Shown one piece after another: positions 9,294-16,750 of a DNA stretch of 54,877 nt. The notes under the pieces were generated by a model. It saw nothing but the letters and a program-made list of their open reading frames with translations. It did no database searches and was not told the DNA's origin. Source of the stretch: Gemmatimonadota bacterium (lineage in GTDB: Bacteria > Gemmatimonadota > Gemmatimonadetes > Gemmatimonadales > Gemmatimonadaceae); the NCBI GenBank assembly GCA_031372565.1, contig JANMLN010000198.1:1-54877 (forward strand), in the 5' to 3' direction. Each line of letters begins with the position of its first letter. The first letter of the stretch is position 1. A program made the position numbers and the translations under genes.

Positions 9294-10151
9294 ATGCGAA
9301 CACGCCATGCGTCCGTCCTCGTCGCCGTGATGCTCGTCTCTGCCTGTTCCGGCGAGCTCGTGGTCGAGGCGACGCGCGACCCGATGGACCCGGCTGTGCT
9401 ACAAGCCGAGGCCGATGGCGCCGCTCGGGACTGGGCACTGCACGCGCTGAGCGCCATCGCGGTATCGGCCGACACGGCCGCCTCCCCCATGGTGGCGATC
9501 TCGCCCGGCTACCTGGAGAATCCGCTCGCGTTGAGCGCGGCCGCGTGTGCGTTCGACTACGGCGCCGACGCCTTTCGCTGTGCGGCCGAACGCGACCGGT
9601 CGGTGCGCGTCGAGCGGCAGTACCGGGTCTTCATCGCCGGCGAGCCGGTCAACGCGGTGCTCGGCATGGTCGACTCCGTGCAGCGCTGGCGGTCCGCTGC
9701 GGCTGCCGACACGATCGACGCCGCGATCGAGCGCCGCATCGTGGTACGCAGCGCGCGCGACTCCGGCACGTTGACGGTACAGCGCAACCCGACGGATCGT
9801 CGCGCCATGTTCTCCACCCGCGCCGACCAGGTCGGCAGCGGGACGCACACCATCGAAACGCTGCAGGCGAGCGGTGCACGGCGTATCGAACTGGCGAGCG
9901 CGCAGGTCATCGATCAGGTGCTGCATCGGACGCCCGAGGCACACCATCCTTTCCCGGAGAGTGGCGAGATCCGCGTCACGATGCGCGGTACGGCGCGCTG
10001 GACACCAACGGCGGGCGACGCGCCTGCAGCAGTCCCGCTCGCCTCGACCGCCATCATCCGCTTCCTTGCGGCGCGGTCTGCGCTGCTCATCATCGGCTCG
10101 CGCCAGTGCTCCGTCGACCTGCCGAAGCGCCAACTCACCGGCTGTTGGTAG
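9294..10151 (+). CDS. hypothetical lipoprotein (paralog of 10387-11244)
   Basis: MRTRHASVLVAVMLVSA-C lipobox; C-terminal PFPESG...C..DL..R...GC motif shared with the next gene. Confidence 0.7.
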   Translation: MRTRHASVLVAVMLVSACSGELVVEATRDPMDPAVLQAEADGAARDWALHALSAIAVSADTAASPMVAISPGYLENPLALSAAACAFDYGADAFRCAAERDRSVRVERQYRVFIAGEPVNAVLGMVDSVQRWRSAAAADTIDAAIERRIVVRSARDSGTLTVQRNPTDRRAMFSTRADQVGSGTHTIETLQASGARRIELASAQVIDQVLHRTPEAHHPFPESGEIRVTMRGTARWTPTAGDAPAAVPLASTAIIRFLAARSALLIIGSRQCSVDLPKRQLTGCW

Positions 10152-10386
10152 CCCTCCGACGAGGTATGCTCGCGCATCGCTCGCGCAGTGCTCGCGCAGT
10201 GCTGACGCACTAAGGCTTTGCCAACGCGACGATTTACAAGGACTTACGCGACCCGATGTGATCACGCGCACGCGATGAACCGGTGACTGCATCAGCGACC
10301 GTCGCACGCGACAGGTCGATACTCGTGGGTGTCAGCCGTACAGCCGCCGCATCGGCGCCTGTTCTACTCATTCAGGAGTCTCTCGC

Positions 10387-11244
10387 ATGCGTACCAACTT
10401 CCGCACGACCGGCCTCATGCTCGCGCTTGCCACGCTCGCGGCGTGCAACGGCGATGGGAGTACCGCGCCGGACGTGAGTCCCACATCCGTGGCGGCCGTG
10501 CAGGCCGACGTGCAAAGTGTCTCGGCCGCGAGCGCGTCCGATGCGATCGATGCGATCGGATCAGGGCTGGCGAGTGCGGGGGTCTCGTCCCTCGTCGCGC
10601 CGTCTGGTAGCGCCGACCTGGCCATGGCCGCGACCGCCGGCAACTGCTCGTTCTCGGCAGGAACAGGCTTCTACACCTGCACGAGCAACAACGAGCGCGG
10701 GTTCAGCGTGACGCGCAAGTTCAAGCTCTTTTCCGCGGGCGGCGCGGGCAGCGTGGCCGATTCCACACTCGCCATCTGGACCACGTCCGGGCGCGACACG
10801 TCGTCGGGAGAGGGCCGGCAGCGCATCCGGATCGTGAATCGCGCCGACACCAACATGTCGGTCATCGCACGCGATTCGGCCCCGCCGCGTGCGCCAAACA
10901 GGTTCACCAACAATGGACACGGAACGCAGCAGGACTCGGTGATCTACAGCGACTCGAACGGCGTCAAGACGTATGTCGTCAACAACGACGTGCGCACCGC
11001 AGACGTCGTGCGCCGCGCGCCCGAATCGGTCAATCCATTCCCGGCCAGCGGAACGATCACGATCACGCTCTCCGGCACGATGCGCTACGTACCGAGAGGC
11101 AACGGCGATGCGGCCGCGGTCACGAGGTCGGTGGCGGGCACGGCCGTGATCACCTTCAATGGGACGCAGAACGCGGTGTTCGCCATGGGTGGCAAGCGCT
11201 GCGCCCTCAACCTGGTGACGCGCAAGGTCTCGGGCTGCCAGTAG
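10387..11244 (+). CDS. hypothetical lipoprotein
   Basis: AGGAG RBS, LAA-C lipobox, beta-rich sequence, C-terminal PFPASG...C.LNL..R...GC. Confidence 0.8.
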   Translation: MRTNFRTTGLMLALATLAACNGDGSTAPDVSPTSVAAVQADVQSVSAASASDAIDAIGSGLASAGVSSLVAPSGSADLAMAATAGNCSFSAGTGFYTCTSNNERGFSVTRKFKLFSAGGAGSVADSTLAIWTTSGRDTSSGEGRQRIRIVNRADTNMSVIARDSAPPRAPNRFTNNGHGTQQDSVIYSDSNGVKTYVVNNDVRTADVVRRAPESVNPFPASGTITITLSGTMRYVPRGNGDAAAVTRSVAGTAVITFNGTQNAVFAMGGKRCALNLVTRKVSGCQ

Positions 11245-11278
11245 TCGCAGACAGGCGCATCGCGACCCGCTGAGCGAG

Positions 11279-11312
11279 GCGGCCGTCCGGGGTCCTTCCC
11301 CCGGGCGGCCGT
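11279..11312 (+). terminator. GC-rich hairpin, probable intrinsic terminator
   Basis: GCGGCCGTCCGGGG-tccttc-CCCCGGGCGGCCGT forms a 14-bp stem (with G-U pairs) just after the lipoprotein stop; the U-tract is weak. Confidence 0.5.
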
Positions 11313-11367
11313 GCGTGTTGGTGGCCTCGCCGTTGCCAGCCGTGCCGCACGCGGCCAGCTTGCGCGC

Positions 11368-13170
11368 ATGACCGGAGCCCCTGCCCCCCGCGACCTCGAC
11401 TTCCTCCTGTACGAGGTCCTGCACGCCGACGCCCTGACGTCCCGCGCGCGCTTCACCGACTACTCCCGCGAAGCGTTCGACCAGGTGCTGAGCACCGCCC
11501 GCGGCCTCGCGACCGACCAGTTCGCGCCACACCGGAAGGCGAACGACGAGCAGGAGCCGAGCTACGTGGATGGCCGCGTCGTGATCGTGCCGGAGGTCGC
11601 CGTCGCGGTGCGCGCGCTCGCCGATGCCGGGTTCATCGCGGCCACGCACGACGCCGAAGTCGGCGGATTGCAGCTCCCGCACATCTTCGCCACGGCGGCC
11701 ATGTTCCACCTCGAGGCCGCGAATGTGGGCACGGCCGCCTACGCGCTGCTCGCCACTGGTGTGGCCAACCTGGTGGCCGCGTTCGGCAGCGAGGATCAGA
11801 AGCGACGCTACCTCGGCCCGCTGCTCGAGGGACGCTTTCTCGGCACCATGGCGCTGTCCGAGCCTGACGCCGGCAGCTCGCTCGCCGACGTGCGCGTCAA
11901 GGCCGAACCGCTTGACGACGGCCGGTTCGCGCTCACGGGTACCAAGATGTGGATCTCCGGCGGGGACCACGAGCTCGCCGAGAACATCGTGCACATGGTG
12001 CTCGGCCGGATCGAGGGCGCCCCTGCGGGGGTCCGCGGGATCTCGCTCTTCCTCGTCCCGAAGCGCCGCGTCGACGCCGATGGCCAGAGCGGCGCGCTCA
12101 ATGGCGTGCAGCTCGGTGGCCTGATCCACAAGCTCGGCTGGCGTGGCACGGTCAACACGGTGCTCAACTTTGGCGAGCGGGACGCGTGCATCGGCGAGCT
12201 GGTCGGACAGCCACATCACGGCCTGCAGTACATGTTCCACATGATGAACGAAGCGCGCATCGGCGTGGGCCGAGCCGCTGCGGCCATGGGGTACGAGGCG
12301 TATGTGTACTCGCTCGAGTACGCGCGCACGCGGCATCAGGGACGGCTGCCCGGCGAGAAGAATCCCGCCACCGCGCAGGTGCCCATCATCCAGCATCCGG
12401 ATGTGCGGCGGATGCTGCTGGCGCAGAAGGCCACCGTCGAGGCGGCGTTGCACCTCGTGCTCGCCTGCGCCCGACTCGTGGACGAACAGGAAACGGGAGA
12501 GTCGGAAGCCGCGCGGCGGCGCGCCACGCTTCTGCTCGAGATGTTGACCCCCGTCGCCAAGGCGTGGCCGAGCGAGGCCTGTCAGGAGTCGATCTCGCAC
12601 GCGATGCAGGTCCTCGGCGGATACGGGTATGCCCGTGAGTATCCGATCGAGCAGCTCTGGCGCGACAACCGGATCAATCCGATCCACGAAGGGACCAACG
12701 GCATCCAGGCGCTCGACCTGCTGGGCCGCAAAGTGCGCATGGAAAACGGCGCGGCGTTCAAGGCGCTGGTGGACACCATGAGCGCGTCCGTTGCCGCCGC
12801 GCAGTCCGTGGGCGGCGCGGCGGCGGAGCTCGCTGCACCCGTGGCCACCGCCGTCGAGCGCCTCACGTCGACGACCATCGCGATTGGCGCGGCATCGGCG
12901 GGGATGGAGCCGGTGCGTGCGTTGGCCAATGCGAGCGCGTACCTGGACCTCGCGAGCCGCACCATCGTCGCGTGGCTCTGGTTGGATCAGGCAACGGCCG
13001 CGACGCAAGCGCTCGTGGGCGCTGCGGGTGATGACGTGGCGTTCTACCACGGCAAGCTGCAGGCGGCGCGCTACTGGATGGGATGGGAGCTGCCGCGCAC
13101 CGAGGCGCTGGCCGAGTTGCTGACGCGCATGGACGCGGTGCCGTTCGAGATGCAGGACGCGTGGTTCTGA
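11368..13170 (+). CDS. acyl-CoA dehydrogenase
   Basis: GTMALSEPDAGSSL, GTKMWISGG, GISLFLVPK, MFHMMNEARIGVG, QVLGGYGY and IHEGTNGIQALDLLGRK. Confidence 0.92.
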   Translation: MTGAPAPRDLDFLLYEVLHADALTSRARFTDYSREAFDQVLSTARGLATDQFAPHRKANDEQEPSYVDGRVVIVPEVAVAVRALADAGFIAATHDAEVGGLQLPHIFATAAMFHLEAANVGTAAYALLATGVANLVAAFGSEDQKRRYLGPLLEGRFLGTMALSEPDAGSSLADVRVKAEPLDDGRFALTGTKMWISGGDHELAENIVHMVLGRIEGAPAGVRGISLFLVPKRRVDADGQSGALNGVQLGGLIHKLGWRGTVNTVLNFGERDACIGELVGQPHHGLQYMFHMMNEARIGVGRAAAAMGYEAYVYSLEYARTRHQGRLPGEKNPATAQVPIIQHPDVRRMLLAQKATVEAALHLVLACARLVDEQETGESEAARRRATLLLEMLTPVAKAWPSEACQESISHAMQVLGGYGYAREYPIEQLWRDNRINPIHEGTNGIQALDLLGRKVRMENGAAFKALVDTMSASVAAAQSVGGAAAELAAPVATAVERLTSTTIAIGAASAGMEPVRALANASAYLDLASRTIVAWLWLDQATAATQALVGAAGDDVAFYHGKLQAARYWMGWELPRTEALAELLTRMDAVPFEMQDAWF

Positions 13171-14087
13171 TGCCCGACGACGCGAGCGCGGTCCCGCTGC
13201 GCAGCGATGCGCTGCGCACCCCCGAAGCGCGCTTCGCGTCGGTGCCCGATTTCCCGTGGGTGCCGCAGTACACCGCCGTTGACGGATACCGGGTCGCGCA
13301 TGTCGACGCGGGACCACCCGATCAGCCACCCGTGCTCTGCCTGCACGGCGAACCGACGTGGGGGTTCCTGTATCGCAAGGTGATCACCGCACTCACGGCG
13401 GCCGGGCGCCGGGCGGTCGCCCCGGATCTGATCGGCTTTGGACGCAGCGACAAGCCGGTCGCACGGTCGACGTACAGCTATGCGGGCCATGTGGCATGGC
13501 TGCGCGCATGGATCGAGGCGCGCGACCTGCGCGATATCACGCTGGTGTGCCAGGACTGGGGGTCGCTCCTCGGACTCCGCGTGGCGATGGAACTCCCCGA
13601 GCGGTTCCGCGCGATCGTGCTCTCGAACGGTGGCCTGCCGACGGGCGAGGGGGCGGTGCCGAAGGCGTTTCGCGCGTGGGCGGCGTTCGCGCGATGGAGT
13701 CCCATCTTTCCCATCGGTCGGATTGTCGCCAGCGGCACGCGACATGGCTTGAGCGACGCAGCGCGCGCGGCCTACGACGCCCCGTTTCCCGACGACCGCT
13801 ACAAGGCGGGCACACGCGCCTTTCCCGCGCTCGTGCCGGTCGAGCGCGATCAGCCGGGAGCGGCGGACAATCGGGCCGCGTGGGAGCAACTACGCTGCTG
13901 GAACAAGCCGTTTCTCACTGCGTACACGACCGGTGACCCGATCACCCGTGGCGCGCACCGTCGCTTCCAGGCGGAGGTCCCCGGTGCACGCGGCCGCGAC
14001 CACGTGACGATTCGCGGCGCGGGGCATTTCGTGCAGGAAGATGCCGGTGACGCGCTCGCGCGCGCGGTGCTCTCCCTTGGCGTCTGA
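13170..14087 (+). CDS. haloalkane dehalogenase (alpha/beta hydrolase)
   Basis: LRTPEARF, LHGEPTW, PDLIGFGRSDKP, QDWG nucleophile elbow, AYDAPFP and GHFVQED; TGATG coupling to the upstream gene. Confidence 0.85.
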   Translation: MPDDASAVPLRSDALRTPEARFASVPDFPWVPQYTAVDGYRVAHVDAGPPDQPPVLCLHGEPTWGFLYRKVITALTAAGRRAVAPDLIGFGRSDKPVARSTYSYAGHVAWLRAWIEARDLRDITLVCQDWGSLLGLRVAMELPERFRAIVLSNGGLPTGEGAVPKAFRAWAAFARWSPIFPIGRIVASGTRHGLSDAARAAYDAPFPDDRYKAGTRAFPALVPVERDQPGAADNRAAWEQLRCWNKPFLTAYTTGDPITRGAHRRFQAEVPGARGRDHVTIRGAGHFVQEDAGDALARAVLSLGV

Positions 14088-14091
14088 CGCC

Positions 14092-14832
14092 GTGCGAGTC
14101 CATCCGTTCGACGCGGGTTTCTGGCAGCGGCGCGTGTACACGCTCGCCATCGCCACCGCCGCATTCTTCGTCGTCGCGACGCTCGCCGCGATGGCCCTGT
14201 ATCCCGGCGGCTCGTTCAACGATCGCGCCACCGTGGGCTACCTGTTCACGCGGAATTTCTTCAGTGATCTGGGCATGCTCACGGCACACAACGGTGCCTC
14301 GAACCTGCCGAGCATGACGCTGTTCTTCAGTGCGCTCTCGTTGAGTGGCGGCGGGCTGGTGCTCTTCTTCCTCGCCTTTCCGCGCCTGTTCGCCGACTCC
14401 GCGCGAGCGCGCCGCTGGAGCATGGTCGGGTCGCTCTTCGGCGTGATCGCGGGCGCCGGCTACGTGGGCGTGGCCTTCACGCCGGCCGATCTCCTGCTCG
14501 ACGCGCACATCGCCTGCGTGAAGACTGCCGCGTACAGCTTTCCGGTTGCTGCCCTCTGCTGTGCGGTCGCGATCTTCCGTTCGCACGACTACCCGCACCG
14601 TTACGCGTGGGTCTTCGTGGCGTTCGCTGCCGCGCTCGTGGGGTACGTGTTGCTGCTCGAGTTCGGTCCGAAGATCACCACCGATGCCGGGCTCGCCGTG
14701 CAGGTTGGCGGGCAGAAGCTGATCGTGTTCGGCACCGTGGCGAGTGTGCTTGTGCAGGCGATCGGGGCACGTGCGCACGTGCGCGCGCGTGCTGCCGCCG
14801 CGCCCTTCACGCCGACCGCGTTGGCCGCCTAG
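14092..14832 (+). CDS. multi-pass membrane protein (DUF998-like)
   Basis: About 6 hydrophobic helices and a YPGG...GYLFTRNFFSDLG motif; start uncertain. Confidence 0.6.
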   Translation: MRVHPFDAGFWQRRVYTLAIATAAFFVVATLAAMALYPGGSFNDRATVGYLFTRNFFSDLGMLTAHNGASNLPSMTLFFSALSLSGGGLVLFFLAFPRLFADSARARRWSMVGSLFGVIAGAGYVGVAFTPADLLLDAHIACVKTAAYSFPVAALCCAVAIFRSHDYPHRYAWVFVAFAAALVGYVLLLEFGPKITTDAGLAVQVGGQKLIVFGTVASVLVQAIGARAHVRARAAAAPFTPTALAA

Positions 14833-15959
14833 TACGCGAGACCCGCCGCCTCGGCGAACTGTTTCATCAGCTTCTCCTGTTCGGCCGTCACGGGCGCGGG
14901 CACCTCGATCGCGATCTCCGCGATGAGATCGCCAAGCTTGTCGCCCTTGTGGATCCCCTGCTTCGCAATGCGAAAGCGCTTGCCGCTTGCGGTGCCGGGC
15001 GGAATGCGCAGCGAGATCGTCTTGCCGTCGATCGTCGAGACACTTGCCTTGGAGCCCAGCGTCGCCTGCGCCACGTTGATCGGCACGCGACGCACGAGGT
15101 CAAGCCCCTCGCGGGCCCACGCCGGGTCTTCGGAGATGTGAAAGGTGATGACGACATCGCCCGCGGGTCCGCCATTGGACCCTTTCCCCCCTTGGCCCTT
15201 GAGGCGCACCTTGGTGCCGGCGTCCGCGCCCGCGGGCACGGTGATCAGCAACTTCTTGCGCGCGCGCACTTCGCCCGCGCCTGCACACGCCGCGCACGGC
15301 TTGCTCGGCACGCTCCCGCGTCCGAGGCACGCGGGACACGGGCGGCTGACCGCGAAGCCCCCTTGGCCGAAATTCACGGTCCCGAGCCCGCCGCACTCGC
15401 GACAGGTGGTCGGCCTCGTGCCTGGTGCGGACCCCGAGCCGGTACAGGTCCCGCATTCCTCGGTCAGTTCCAGATCGACCGGGACCTTGCCTCCCGTGAT
15501 CGCAACCGCGAAGGGAACCTCAAGCGTTGTCTCGACCGACTGTCCGGCCTGTGGCGCCTTGGTCCCCCCCGAGCGCTGCTGATTGAAGATCGAGCCGAAC
15601 AGATCGCCGAGCCCACCGAGCCCGCCGACGTCAAAGTCTTCGAACTTGAATGATCCGGGGGCTCCGCCGCCCGGCGCGGCTCCGCCCGGCTGCGGGCCAC
15701 GCGAGCGCGGACCGGCCGCGCCGCCGACGTCGTACGCCCCCAGTCGACGCATCTCGTCGTAGTGCTTGCGCTTCTCGACATCGCCGAGGACCTGATAGGC
15801 CTCCGAGATCTCCTTGAAGCGGTCCGCCGCCTTGGGATCGTTCTGGTTGGAGTCCGGGTGGTGCTTCTTGGCGAGTTGCCGATACGCACGCTTCACGGCG
15901 TCCTGCGACGCCCCCATACTCACGCCCAACGTCGCGTAGTAATCCTTGGAAATGGCCAT
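14829..15959 (-). CDS. dnaJ: molecular chaperone DnaJ
   Basis: J-domain with HPD, G/F region and four CxxCxGxG zinc-finger repeats. Confidence 0.95.
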   Translation of the reverse strand: MAISKDYYATLGVSMGASQDAVKRAYRQLAKKHHPDSNQNDPKAADRFKEISEAYQVLGDVEKRKHYDEMRRLGAYDVGGAAGPRSRGPQPGGAAPGGGAPGSFKFEDFDVGGLGGLGDLFGSIFNQQRSGGTKAPQAGQSVETTLEVPFAVAITGGKVPVDLELTEECGTCTGSGSAPGTRPTTCRECGGLGTVNFGQGGFAVSRPCPACLGRGSVPSKPCAACAGAGEVRARKKLLITVPAGADAGTKVRLKGQGGKGSNGGPAGDVVITFHISEDPAWAREGLDLVRRVPINVAQATLGSKASVSTIDGKTISLRIPPGTASGKRFRIAKQGIHKGDKLGDLIAEIAIEVPAPVTAEQEKLMKQFAEAAGLAY

Positions 15960-15970
15960 GCGCGGTCAGG

Positions 15971-16555
15971 TCACCCCTGCCACTTGCGCACGACCACACG
16001 CGCCGGGCGCAGCAGCTGCCCGTTGAAGCGATAGCCGACCTGAAAGACTTGCGCGATGACGTGATCGAGTTCGGCGCTCTCGGCGGGCATCGTCGTGATC
16101 GCCTCGTGCAGCGCGGGATCGAACGGGTGCTCGACCGGATGGATGACTTCGAGGCCGTGCCCGGCAAGCGACTTGAGCATCTTCTTCTCGACCATCTCGA
16201 CGCCCGCGACGACCGTCGGCGCATCGACCGTCGCGGGGTCGACGTGCGCAAAGCGGCCAAGATCGTCGAGCGCGTCAAGCAGCCCGCGGATGAGCATGCC
16301 CATGCCTCGCAGCTCCGCCTCCTGCCGCTCCTTCACGCTCCGCTTGCGGAAGTTGTCGAACTCGGCGGCGAGTCGCAGGTACTTGTCCTGCGTCTCGACG
16401 GCCGCGCGCTGCGCTGCCGCGAGCGCATCACCCGCGGCGTCCGGCGCGGACCCGGCGGTTTCGGCACCGCTGGTCACCTCAACGCCAGCAGCGGGCGCCA
16501 GGTTGGCAGGATCCATCGCAGCGTTCTCGACCGAGGAGACGTTCGGATTGCTCAT
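15971..16555 (-). CDS. grpE: nucleotide exchange factor GrpE
   Basis: YLRLAAEFDNFRKR, FDPALHEAI and GYRFNGQLLRPARVVV; start at MSNPNV. Confidence 0.93.
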   Translation of the reverse strand: MSNPNVSSVENAAMDPANLAPAAGVEVTSGAETAGSAPDAAGDALAAAQRAAVETQDKYLRLAAEFDNFRKRSVKERQEAELRGMGMLIRGLLDALDDLGRFAHVDPATVDAPTVVAGVEMVEKKMLKSLAGHGLEVIHPVEHPFDPALHEAITTMPAESAELDHVIAQVFQVGYRFNGQLLRPARVVVRKWQG

Positions 16556-16631
16556 CGTAGGGCGACCGAGTGGGAATGATGCGGCCCGTGCGGGCGTGAT
16601 AAGGAGGAATCTCCATGGTGTCCCCTCCCCC

Positions 16632-16647
16632 TGCAACGTACGTGCCT
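16632..16647 (-). promoter_or_regulatory. sigma54 (-24/-12) promoter upstream of grpE-dnaJ
   Basis: Minus strand AGGCACGTACGTTGCA matches TGGCACG-N4-TTGCW with exact GG-N10-GC spacing. Confidence 0.6.
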
Positions 16648-16750
16648 GACGCCGCTGCCGTTTCGATGGACTGCCGGGCGACCGAAGCTGCCTTCCGGGC
16701 CGGCTGGTCATCTTTCGCGACTGCCCCCCGCGGATAACTTCTTTGGGACC

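Noticed and set aside
10257..10272. CRP/FNR-like site TGTGA-N6-GCACG
   Set aside because: Only one good half-site, with no supporting evidence.
16556..16750. CIRCE element upstream of grpE
   Set aside because: No TTAGCACTC-N9-GAGTGCTAA match.
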